Shown: positions 1 through 8,085, counted from the stretch's first letter. The stretch: 64,000 nt of DNA from Oligoflexia bacterium (GCA_903867855.1 CAIPTA010000181.1:12038-76037); one strand, 5' to 3'. Made by a program: numbers and translations. The notes: generated from the letters alone by a model not told the origin.

Positions 1-1
1 G

Positions 2-568
2 TTCACCCGCGTGAAAGAGGAATTCGAGCGGCTTCACTTTGCGGAAAATTTGGAAATGCGTGCACTGGGTGGTGAAGGTGGCGTGCTCCAAGAAAAAAAA
101 TCCTTACCTAGCTTCGTGTGCGAGGAAAATGGGAACTTTTTTTGGCGCTGGTTTAGTGATGATCGCGTGGCAGCTTTTGGAAAAAATTTGCCGGCGCTAT
201 TATCGTTCGAGGATACGGAATCCGAGCGAATCGAATTGGGTGAAAGTAAATGGGGCGCGGAATTTGGGCCAGAAGTGAATGTGCTCGATGCGGGATTATT
301 CGATCGTCTACCTGGAAACAAGGGGTGCTATCCCGGCCAAGAAGTAGTGGAAAGATCTTTGAGTGTTGGGCACCCAGCGCGTGCAATGATCCAGGTAAAG
401 GGCGATTGTGAACTCGGCGCTGCACTTTCGGTGGATGGGAAGGATGTAGGCAAGATCACCAGTGTTTCGCCCCGTGGAGTTTATGCCCTAGCAATAGTAC
501 AATGGAAGTATCGCGAAGAAATGAGTTTTGATCATCAGGGAAGGAAGATCGTTCGATGCCACAAGTGA
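2..568 (+). CDS. YgfZ-type folate-binding tRNA-modification protein (GcvT-like fold), 5'-partial at window edge
   Basis: ORF 11..568 is open back to position 2 with no stop. It contains the YgfZ signature K-G-C-Y-x-G-Q-E (KGCYPGQE) with about 80 aa after it, so the N-terminal part lies upstream of the window. Confidence 0.6.
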   Translation, partial: FTRVKEEFERLHFAENLEMRALGGEGGVLQEKKSLPSFVCEENGNFFWRWFSDDRVAAFGKNLPALLSFEDTESERIELGESKWGAEFGPEVNVLDAGLFDRLPGNKGCYPGQEVVERSLSVGHPARAMIQVKGDCELGAALSVDGKDVGKITSVSPRGVYALAIVQWKYREEMSFDHQGRKIVRCHK

Positions 569-855
569 AAGTGAACCACGAGATTGAAGGAAAAAAGAAG
601 GATGTCTACAAGGCAGTAAAGACATACCTAAATGGCCGCGACACTTTAAAAAAATTAGGCGCTGATATCGATTGGGATGATGCAGGCCATTCCGGGGCGA
701 TCGAAGCGAGCAATTTCAAGGGAGAGATTGTAGTGGTGGAAAAATCAGGATCTTCCACCGTTACGATTACGATTGATCTTCCGCTCTTGCTCACGCCATT
801 CAAATCGAAGGTGGAAGAGGAATTAAAAAAACATTTGGGGCGAGTAAAGGCCTGA
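556..855 (+). CDS. small conserved protein, possibly PHA-granule-region (PF09650-like) family
   Basis: 99-aa ORF with ATG at 556. The pattern KKLGADIDWDD...G.IVVVEKSG..V.ITIDLPLLL recalls the polyhydroxyalkanoate-system small-protein family. This is recalled from memory, not searched. Confidence 0.35.
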   Translation: MPQVKVNHEIEGKKKDVYKAVKTYLNGRDTLKKLGADIDWDDAGHSGAIEASNFKGEIVVVEKSGSSTVTITIDLPLLLTPFKSKVEEELKKHLGRVKA

Positions 856-861
856 ATTGGA

Positions 862-1575
862 TTAGGGGCCAGGAACGGGGTTCACGATAAAGTTTACGCC
901 GTAGTTTCCTGGGTTGAAGGCCACTTGATGCTGCTTATCATTCGCGCTCGGCGTATAGAGCATATAGCCCATGATGTGCACTGTGGGGGAAATGCATTTG
1001 CCGGTGGTGGTGGGACAAATTGGTACCCACCAGAGCACTAGGCGAAAAGGGCAAAAGCTACTCGTTGTTGTATTTCCTACTTCGTTTGTGCCGCCGCCAG
1101 CCGCGAAGGGCGTTCCCGACCAGGTATTGCACTGAGCGCCAGTGAGAGTGAATCCCTTGGTAGTGGTGGTGCTTTGGTAGTAAACCGCGCCTGCAGTATT
1201 ATACACATCAAAGGCACCCGTCACCGAGGAAGAGTAATAATTTACGGAGCTATTCGAGGCTACTGAAGGCCCGTTATTCGCAGGATTGGGCGCTTGAGCC
1301 GCGCAATCGGTATAGTTGATTAGGCAAGCGAAGGTAGTGCTATTATTGGCGCCCCATAGCGTTTTCTTCCAGCCTGTTGGGTTTTGTAGAATCGACACCA
1401 CATCTCTACGAATCTGATTGGCTTGAAAGCTAATGCTGGAATTAGAATTTGTTTTGTTTAGGTTATCGATCAACTTGAACGAGGTAAGAATCACCACGGA
1501 GCTTAAGCCAACGGCGATCAGGGATTCCACTAGGGTAAAGCCTAAGCTATTTTTTTTCTTCACGGCTAACCTCAA
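862..1575 (-). CDS. type IV pilin-like protein (paralogue A) with C-terminal Cys motif
   Basis: N-terminus MRLAVKKKNSLG|FTLVESLIAVGL is a class-III prepilin leader with Gly-1/Phe+1/Glu+5 and a hydrophobic helix. C-terminus carries CPFRLVLWWVPICPTTTGKC...GY.LY.P...V.FNPGNYGVN, shared with 2902..3564 and 3670..4587. Confidence 0.75.
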   Translation of the reverse strand: MRLAVKKKNSLGFTLVESLIAVGLSSVVILTSFKLIDNLNKTNSNSSISFQANQIRRDVVSILQNPTGWKKTLWGANNSTTFACLINYTDCAAQAPNPANNGPSVASNSSVNYYSSSVTGAFDVYNTAGAVYYQSTTTTKGFTLTGAQCNTWSGTPFAAGGGTNEVGNTTTSSFCPFRLVLWWVPICPTTTGKCISPTVHIMGYMLYTPSANDKQHQVAFNPGNYGVNFIVNPVPGP

Positions 1576-1576
1576 A

Positions 1577-2905
1577 TCAAAGTATTGGGAATTCCGCTCT
1601 CGGTTCCCGAATCACAAAAAAGGTGAGTAAACAAAAAAGTATGGGCCAAAGCCAAAAGGCCTTGAGTATATATTTGTTTTCTACTCTCAGATAAAGTTCG
1701 CCAAGGCCCCAAATAAAGGCAAAGAGGGGTAAATAGGCCACTCGATCCGCCACGAGGCTTAGCTTCATGAAGGGCACATAGAAGAGGCCGCTGATGGAAA
1801 GGTAGGTAGCAAAGGTAACGCTTAATAACCAATAGCGCTTTGCGAGCCCCCAGATAAAGAGGCCGAGTGAGGCTACGGAAAGTAAGAGAAATAGCCAATT
1901 GAGTCCGGCTAACGTTTGCTTTGTGCGCACGGGGATTTCCGTGAAGCTTAACGATCGCAAGAGATAGTAGCTAAAGGTGCGACCCTCCACTTCCAGTTTT
2001 TCTTTCATGGCTTCAGGGCTCTTGGCGAACTGATCCTGAAGATATCTCTCTTCATGTTTGATGGGGGCTGGGGGAGCTTCGGCTTTCACCGCTATTGGAG
2101 TAGTAAGGATTTTTTTACTTTTACGAATCTTGGCCGTCTTCTTGATGGGCGCTTCTTTCGTTGGGGCCGCCACAAGTTCAGCGGGTTTTGGGGGATTCGT
2201 TAAAAAGTAGCTCGCACTATGCTCCGCTTCCGTGGGGTAATCATAGATTCCATGGGAAACGAGGAAGGCAGAATAGACGCTGAATAGGAGTGCAGGCGAG
2301 GAGTGAAGTAAACTTTTTTTCCAACCCAAAATTTTCGCATTCTTAAAAATTTCCATTGGCGCCAAGAAAAAAGCATAGCTTTTAGTGATCATCATGGCCA
2401 CAAGCAGAGCATTGCTGCGAAGGGGGGAGGCGGGCTTTTCTTCTAAAAAATCGCGCAGCCAAAAAGCGAAGAAAAGCGTGGAAAGCAGGCAGCCGATTTG
2501 GCTAATCCAAGTTACGGCCTCCACGGTGATGGGGCTTAGCCAAAAAAGGCTCGCAGAGAAGAGGGCGGCGGCAAAGGATTTTTTTCGTAAAAAAAGAAAT
2601 AAACAAAATCCATTTGCCCAGTGAAGCAGAATGAGTGCGCTGCGATAGAGAGCGAAATTTAAATGGAAGCCTTGGTATAGCAGCCAGTAAACGCTATGAG
2701 TGAGCGGCCAAGCCTTGGTATTCATTTGGCCGCGATACCAGTATTGCAGTGGGTTCTGGCTACTTTTTATGAAGCTATTGCCGAAGATTAGCGAGTTGTC
2801 ATCTACAAAGGCGCCATAGTGCAGGCTTGGAAAATACAATAGGAACAGAAGCGCGAGAGCGATTCCGGGCACAAAGTATTTTTGTTTAACCAGGGCTTCC
2901 ATCAT
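1577..2905 (-). CDS. polytopic inner-membrane protein, GT-C/PMT-like putative glycosyltransferase
   Basis: 442 aa with many hydrophobic helices and an acidic DD motif in the first loop (AFVDDNSLIF). A Lys/Pro/Ala-rich linker is followed by about 4 more TM helices. The gene abuts pilin paralogue A (1575/1577) and overlaps paralogue B by 4 nt, so it is probably co-transcribed with both. Confidence 0.35.
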   Translation of the reverse strand: MMEALVKQKYFVPGIALALLFLLYFPSLHYGAFVDDNSLIFGNSFIKSSQNPLQYWYRGQMNTKAWPLTHSVYWLLYQGFHLNFALYRSALILLHWANGFCLFLFLRKKSFAAALFSASLFWLSPITVEAVTWISQIGCLLSTLFFAFWLRDFLEEKPASPLRSNALLVAMMITKSYAFFLAPMEIFKNAKILGWKKSLLHSSPALLFSVYSAFLVSHGIYDYPTEAEHSASYFLTNPPKPAELVAAPTKEAPIKKTAKIRKSKKILTTPIAVKAEAPPAPIKHEERYLQDQFAKSPEAMKEKLEVEGRTFSYYLLRSLSFTEIPVRTKQTLAGLNWLFLLLSVASLGLFIWGLAKRYWLLSVTFATYLSISGLFYVPFMKLSLVADRVAYLPLFAFIWGLGELYLRVENKYILKAFWLWPILFCLLTFFVIREPRAEFPIL

Positions 2906-3564
2906 GGGTTTGGTGTGAGCACCAAATTCACTCCGTAGTTATTTGGATTAAAGGGCACTTTCTGGGCGGTATGGGAGGTGGGGGGATTATAAAGAGTATA
3001 GCCGAATACGTGCACCAGTGGATTTACGCAGCTCCCCACTGTGGTGGGGCAAATGGGCACCCACCAGAGCACCAATCGAAAGGGGCATTGCATATTCGGA
3101 GTAACAGTGGAAAAGCCTGTGGCGCCAGCGGTCGAAACCCCATTGGCCCAGTTAGTGCCGCATTGCTGGCCGCTGATATTAAAACCGCGAGCACCATCGG
3201 TACTGATGGGATAATAATTCACTCCAGAAGTATCATACACATCGAAAACGCCAGCCGGAGAGGCACTGGAAAATGTTCCCGATGCGGGGCCGTTCGTTTT
3301 ATAGGCGCTACAATCGGTGCCATTTTTCACGCAGGCAAGCGCGGCATTTCCTTTGATGGTATGTCGCCATGCGGTGAGGTTGGAAAGCAGGATGGAGATT
3401 TGCTTGCGAAAGGCATCAGCCTGAGCGGAGTTCGCGGCAGCAGTGGAGGATTTGTTCATGGTGGTATTGAGCGACATCATGCCGAGTGCTGCAATAGACG
3501 AAAGAGAAACAGCCACCATGAATTCAATGAGGGTAAACCCCAATTTATTGGAAATTAATTTCAT
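2902..3564 (-). CDS. type IV pilin-like protein (paralogue B)
   Basis: MKLISNKLG|FTLIEFMVAVSLSS is a canonical prepilin N-terminus with G|FTLIE. C-terminus carries CPFRLVLWWVPICPTTVGSC...GYTLYNP...VPFNPNNYGVN. Confidence 0.75.
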   Translation of the reverse strand: MKLISNKLGFTLIEFMVAVSLSSIAALGMMSLNTTMNKSSTAAANSAQADAFRKQISILLSNLTAWRHTIKGNAALACVKNGTDCSAYKTNGPASGTFSSASPAGVFDVYDTSGVNYYPISTDGARGFNISGQQCGTNWANGVSTAGATGFSTVTPNMQCPFRLVLWWVPICPTTVGSCVNPLVHVFGYTLYNPPTSHTAQKVPFNPNNYGVNLVLTPNP

Positions 3565-3669
3565 TTCTCCCCACTTTGCCCCAGAGTATAATTATAAACT
3601 AAGTTAAAGGGAATAACCAAGAGCGTGTCCTCGGGGAGACAGTCTGGCTGGAAACCGTGTAAAGTGGCG

Positions 3670-4587
3670 ATGGAGTTTGCCGTGAACAGAAAATACAGAA
3701 AAAATGAATTTGGCTTCGCGCTGCCTATCGTATTGGTGATGATCGCCTTGATCGCCGTGGTTACGGTGTATATGATCAGTCGCTCCACGGCGAGTTCGAA
3801 ACAATCAATTTATACGAATGGAACATTTCAAGGATCGAATATTATTACCCAGGTAACGAACCTAATTCAGGATAGTACCGCTTGGGATCATACCTTATAT
3901 GCCAACGCAGCGATGAGTTGCCTGAAGTTTAGTCCGGGAGTGGATTGCTATGCCGCCTCGACTGCGAACGGCAGCACCTATGTGCAGAATGTTACCTATC
4001 CCACCACAATGACTGGCTCTTTCGTGCTGTACGATCGCTCCGGTAAAATTTTTTATGATTCAACGGCCGCCACGAATGGATTCGACTATACGGGGCAGCC
4101 TTGCCCGTATACCACGTCAAATAGTTATAGCAATTCGTCGAATACAAAAACCTACGGTGATTCCAGCGGACAGTGCCCCTTTCGATTAGTGCTATGGTGG
4201 CAACCTCATTGCACACCAGCCTCTTCTCCCTGCAACTTAAATAATGCCCACCTCGATTATTATACGATTTATGGCTACTTGCTCTTTTCGCCAGTGGGAA
4301 ATAATACGTATAAAGTTCCATTTCGTCCGGAGAACTATAAAATCAGCATTAAAAAATCCACTACGGCAGCGAATGCTAACTATTGTTGTGCGATTGAGTG
4401 TAAGCGCACAACAGCCGATGCGGGCACGGCCTATGTAACCAAAACCATCGTGCAATCAGCAAATTGTTATCCGGGATCCTCGGAAGTGCCTTCCTCGATT
4501 TGTGGAGATGTATTTGCCGCGGATCCAGATGAGTGGGCCTATGATGGGAACGTAGTGACTAATTCTGGCACTTGTGCGGGCGGGTAA
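3670..4587 (+). CDS. pilin-like protein paralogue C (atypical, lacks Glu+5)
   Basis: Reading from the internal ATG at 3670 gives MEFAVNRKYRKNEFG|FALPIVLVMIALIAV: a short basic leader, Gly-Phe, then a hydrophobic helix with Ile at +5. A GTG at 3625 is an alternative start. Shares CPFRLVLWWQPHCTPASSPC...IYGYLLFSP...YKVPFRPENY with paralogues A and B. Confidence 0.55.
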   Translation: MEFAVNRKYRKNEFGFALPIVLVMIALIAVVTVYMISRSTASSKQSIYTNGTFQGSNIITQVTNLIQDSTAWDHTLYANAAMSCLKFSPGVDCYAASTANGSTYVQNVTYPTTMTGSFVLYDRSGKIFYDSTAATNGFDYTGQPCPYTTSNSYSNSSNTKTYGDSSGQCPFRLVLWWQPHCTPASSPCNLNNAHLDYYTIYGYLLFSPVGNNTYKVPFRPENYKISIKKSTTAANANYCCAIECKRTTADAGTAYVTKTIVQSANCYPGSSEVPSSICGDVFAADPDEWAYDGNVVTNSGTCAGG

Positions 4588-4676
4588 AATGACTGGAAAA
4601 CTTGGAATTAGTGCGCGATTATTAACGTCATCATTGATGGCGATGGTTTGCTTTTTAGTGAAGATAGGTTGAATCC

Positions 4677-5642
4677 ATGATTAAAAATATCAGAATTTTG
4701 TTTTTGTTTCTTTTTTCGGTTCAAGCAGGTGCAACGAGCTATGTGGGAATTGGAACGGCGTCTCCGGCGTCATTACTCACGCTTTACACAACGACAAATA
4801 TTCAGGGGCTAGAGATTGATGGAACATCTACCGCAACTAATACGGTGAAAAGCCTTTTTCTTGCGAACGTTACTGCCGGATCTTATAATTCCATCACCCA
4901 AACCGGGGATCAAGGAATAATCTACATGGGGACGACGATAGGTACTCCCAAGGGTTTTTTCATCGCGCCTTGGGCTAGTGCCACCACAGGTCTTCGGCTC
5001 GATACTAATGGCAACGTCGGGATCGGCACGACCTCTACGTACGGAGCTCTAACTGTAGCTAATGGTACAGATCATACGCTTAATGTGCGTGGGGATCCCG
5101 TCTCATTCGGTCTGCCTGCTGGTCTTCTTGGGCCGATTCTTCAAGGCGTAAATAGCGCTCAAACTGTCCAAGAGCCGATCACCTTGGAGGGATCAACAAT
5201 TAACTTGATGGGTGGAAGTGTGGGTATAGGTACCAGTAGCCCCTCTTATGCTTTAGATGTAACAGGCACCATCAGAGCTACAAATCTAATTCTAACTTCT
5301 GATCGCAGAGCAAAGAAAAATATAAGTAGTTTAGATGAAACAGAATCGTTGGAAAAATTGAGCCGATTGAATCCAGTTTCCTTTGAATGGAAAAACTCTG
5401 GCGAGGCTGATCTTGGTATTATCGCGCAGGAGCTTGCGGAGGTTTATCCTGAACTAGTTTTGAAGGATCAACAGGGCGCGCTTTCAATTCGTTCCACTTC
5501 TCTCATTGCTCCGCTCATTGCCTCAGTGAAAAAATTAAAGAGCGACAATGAACTATTGCGAGAAGAAAACGGAAAACAGAAATCGCGCCTCGATGAGTTA
5601 GAGAAAAAATTTAACGCTCTAGCAGCAAAAATAGAAAAGTAA
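4677..5642 (+). CDS. secreted tail-fibre-like (mosaic adhesive trimer-like) protein with C-terminal peptidase S74 intramolecular-chaperone domain
   Basis: Signal peptide MIKNIRILFLFLFSVQAGA. Repeated VGIGT..P..L.V fibre motifs. C-terminal block SDRRAKKNISSLDE...LSRLNPVSFEWK...DLGIIAQELAEVYPELV...SLIAPLIASVKKLKSDNELLREEN matches the auto-cleaving chaperone of phage tail fibres and endosialidases. Confidence 0.8.
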   Translation: MIKNIRILFLFLFSVQAGATSYVGIGTASPASLLTLYTTTNIQGLEIDGTSTATNTVKSLFLANVTAGSYNSITQTGDQGIIYMGTTIGTPKGFFIAPWASATTGLRLDTNGNVGIGTTSTYGALTVANGTDHTLNVRGDPVSFGLPAGLLGPILQGVNSAQTVQEPITLEGSTINLMGGSVGIGTSSPSYALDVTGTIRATNLILTSDRRAKKNISSLDETESLEKLSRLNPVSFEWKNSGEADLGIIAQELAEVYPELVLKDQQGALSIRSTSLIAPLIASVKKLKSDNELLREENGKQKSRLDELEKKFNALAAKIEK

Positions 5643-5646
5643 AACT

Positions 5647-6486
5647 ATGCTTCTTTCCCTGCTTATCACATTACTATCTAGCACTTTTGCTCATGCCACT
5701 GCTTGTGCGACCAGTGGTTTGATGACAGTCGCCTCTGGCGTTAATACTGTTTGCCAAAACAGTGTTTTAGGAACTCCTCAGGGATCATCTCTCGGCACTT
5801 GTGCAGGAACAACAGCTGGAACCACCACTTATTCGGCGGGTACCTACAAAGTATGTGATGGCTCTAATTGGTACGACATGAAGGGGAGTTCCATTGGCTC
5901 TTGTGTGGGAACTACAGCGGGCACATTGTCATACGTCTCAAATGCCTTTCAGTTTTGTGATGGTACTAATTGGTATAGTTTAACCTCTGGTACTGTGACG
6001 ATTAACTTAACCTCTACTTCCTGTGATGGAGTTTATTGTAAATATGTGAGCAGTGGAGATGCTGATGCAAATGGATATTGCATCAGTAATGGGTATGCCT
6101 CCGCTGTTTCTTCTACCTCAGGCGGGAACGGTTGCAACGGCTGTTATTATGTCGATTGGGTGTCCAATGCTTGGAACACTCCATATCACAATTGCAACAG
6201 CTGTAATCAAATGGCTACGGTTACTTGCCAAAGTGGAACTCCAAGTATTCCTTGTGGCGAAGCAATTTACTCCACAGGTGTTGTAAGTAACTATATCGAT
6301 GGAACTTGGGGGTCGATTAATGCGGGCTCTTGTCCGTACCCGAGTATGTATCAATTCCAAAACCTTGGCAGTCAGAGCACGGATCAAGGAGTGAAGCCTT
6401 TAGTCCGTTGTGGATATTGTGGTCCAGGGTCGGTGAACAACCCCTCAGTGACTTGCCTGAATAACTCAAATTGTGTGGCTCATTAA
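5647..6486 (+). CDS. secreted Cys-rich protein with internal duplication
   Basis: Signal peptide MLLSLLITLLSSTFAHA and more than 25 Cys. The segment C.GTTAGT..Y......CDG.NWY occurs twice in tandem. It starts 5 nt after the fibre gene stop. Confidence 0.6.
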   Translation: MLLSLLITLLSSTFAHATACATSGLMTVASGVNTVCQNSVLGTPQGSSLGTCAGTTAGTTTYSAGTYKVCDGSNWYDMKGSSIGSCVGTTAGTLSYVSNAFQFCDGTNWYSLTSGTVTINLTSTSCDGVYCKYVSSGDADANGYCISNGYASAVSSTSGGNGCNGCYYVDWVSNAWNTPYHNCNSCNQMATVTCQSGTPSIPCGEAIYSTGVVSNYIDGTWGSINAGSCPYPSMYQFQNLGSQSTDQGVKPLVRCGYCGPGSVNNPSVTCLNNSNCVAH

Positions 6487-6679
6487 GGGAGCGCTTACTG
6501 TGAAAGCGCGGCTACTTCAGAAACGCCCAGTGTGCCTTCGATCACTACATTCTCATTTGCCTTGGCCTGCGAGGCGAGGGCGATAAATCGGGCGCCGATA
6601 ACTGCTACTCTGATCATGTTTACTCCTGGGTAAAGTGCCGATGCCTGGGTATAGAGCATCGCGTTGCTCGTGGCTATGC

Positions 6680-7519
6680 TTACAATATTTTATGGATAGA
6701 TTTTACTGGCGCTAGCTTCCGCTTCAGCAGCGCAGGCACCGGGCAGAGAAGGATACTCATCCAAACCGCCACGCTAAAATAGAGCGACATCCAAAGAAAT
6801 TCATAGCCCCAATCTTTCACATCGTGAGTGACCATCCAGCGCGTGTTGAGATCTTTTATGCCATCCATAAAGCCTAGAAACTGCTTGCCGCTCGCAATAT
6901 CCGCCTGATGACGACTCATGTACATGGGCACATCTACAGTGGCCATATACATCACATACATCGCGCACCCAATGGCACCGAGGATGATCGCTCTACGAAA
7001 CCAGCCTTGAAAGTGTGAGCGAAGATCAAGAAGAGCCAACACGATCAAGAAATAGCTCACTCCCCACAATGATTCCTCCACGCAGTTGCCGATATAATTT
7101 GTGGTCACCACGGCATACCAAGAGCAAATTTCTGCCACACAGATAAGCGGCACAATCATGCGCGCAATTTTGCTCGTGAAATTTGCCTTACTCTCTTGAG
7201 CGAGAAAGGAAAGGAGCTCCGCCCATTCAGCCACGAAACAAAGTTCTGCGATTGTGGCTACAGAGCGGCCCACGAAAACGGAGGAGAGCCAAGTATCAAA
7301 GAGGCAAATGCGCTGCACATCTGCCCTCGGCAGAAGGGAGCGAAAGGCGCAGCCGAAAACATAGGCGCCAGAAAGGAGGAGGAGTTTTTTTGTGGTGGGA
7401 TCCTTTGGGAGGCTTAGGCGGGCCTTTGTCCAAGCGCTACAATTTAGTGCGCTCACACCTACTAGAAAGAGCCACCAAATGGCCACAGGGTTTGAGAGGG
7501 TAATCCAGGAGAGATTCAT
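6680..7519 (-). CDS. hypothetical polytopic membrane protein
   Basis: 279-aa ORF with multiple hydrophobic segments and no recognisable motif. It overlaps the downstream MNT gene start by 4 nt. Confidence 0.45.
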   Translation of the reverse strand: MNLSWITLSNPVAIWWLFLVGVSALNCSAWTKARLSLPKDPTTKKLLLLSGAYVFGCAFRSLLPRADVQRICLFDTWLSSVFVGRSVATIAELCFVAEWAELLSFLAQESKANFTSKIARMIVPLICVAEICSWYAVVTTNYIGNCVEESLWGVSYFLIVLALLDLRSHFQGWFRRAIILGAIGCAMYVMYMATVDVPMYMSRHQADIASGKQFLGFMDGIKDLNTRWMVTHDVKDWGYEFLWMSLYFSVAVWMSILLCPVPALLKRKLAPVKSIHKIL

Positions 7520-7788
7520 TTGGTGAGCCTATAGAAGCATTTACTAAAGAGCCGGATATGTTCGAGCAGTTCTTTGCTTTCAATTTGGGTATAGATCGAG
7601 AGGTCTATTTTATAGGGTAGGAGTAGATCATCTAGCGCGGATTCTATGGCCAAGAGTTCTGAATTTTTTCTAAAGTTAACTTTGGCTCTAGAACCGTAAA
7701 CCAGAACTTCTTCTACATTCGAAAATGCGCTAAAAACATCTTGAATGCTAGCAATGGTTTTTTCGCTGAGGCCAAACTCACTTTTCAT
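7516..7788 (-). CDS. MNT-type minimal nucleotidyltransferase (HI0073-like), catalytic motif degenerate
   Basis: ..LVYGSRAKVNFRKNSELLAIE.. aligns with the HI0073-type G-S-x(9-11)-D-x-D-L motif, but DLD reads EL: one codon shorter and only one acidic residue retained. Overlaps the HEPN partner by 4 nt. Confidence 0.55.
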   Translation of the reverse strand: MKSEFGLSEKTIASIQDVFSAFSNVEEVLVYGSRAKVNFRKNSELLAIESALDDLLLPYKIDLSIYTQIESKELLEHIRLFSKCFYRLTK

Positions 7789-8015
7789 GTATGTAAAAGG
7801 CTACTTAATTTTTGGGAAAGTTTTTCAAACTGGTCGAGATAGGATCCTACTACCTTTTGGATAATATCCTCTGCCGTTGGGCGATTATAGGTATGGGATG
7901 TTTGATTTCTGCTCTTGATCATTTCCATCCAGCAATCTCCGTCGCTCATTTGCTGAAGAGCTACTTTGAAGTTTTGGAAACGCTGCTGCCAGCGAATTTC
8001 TTGTCTCATGATCAC
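7785..8015 (-). CDS. HEPN / nucleotidyltransferase-substrate-binding (HI0074-like) protein, internally shortened
   Basis: N-terminus IRWQQRFQNFKVAL and C-terminal R-x4-H-x-Y HEPN motif (RNQTSHTY) are both present. At 76 aa the protein is far shorter than the family norm (about 120-140 aa), consistent with an in-frame internal deletion. Confidence 0.5.
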   Translation of the reverse strand: MIMRQEIRWQQRFQNFKVALQQMSDGDCWMEMIKSRNQTSHTYNRPTAEDIIQKVVGSYLDQFEKLSQKLSSLLHT

Positions 8016-8085
8016 GAGTATCTTTGAGTAAATTCCTTAGGTCAAACCCCGTGGGCCGAGCCCCTGAGCTCTTCTAGAGGTCGAA

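Noticed and set aside
2385-2624. 79-aa Lys/Arg-rich ORF
   Set aside because: It lies inside and antisense to the GT-C-like membrane-protein gene and has no independent signals.
4677-5642. Prophage indicated by tail-fibre gene
   Set aside because: No capsid, portal, terminase, integrase, lysis or other tail genes occur anywhere in the 64 kb. The neighbours are pilin and housekeeping genes. The gene is therefore treated as a bacterial fibre gene.
6487-6679. Unannotated 190-bp gap with a 40-codon minus-strand ORF (MIRVAVIGARFIALASQAKANENVVIEGTLGVSEVAALSQ) and a weak hairpin gcgct-N9-agcgc
   Set aside because: The ORF is too short and lacks a convincing RBS. The hairpin has no T-tract. It is probably plain intergenic or terminator-like DNA.
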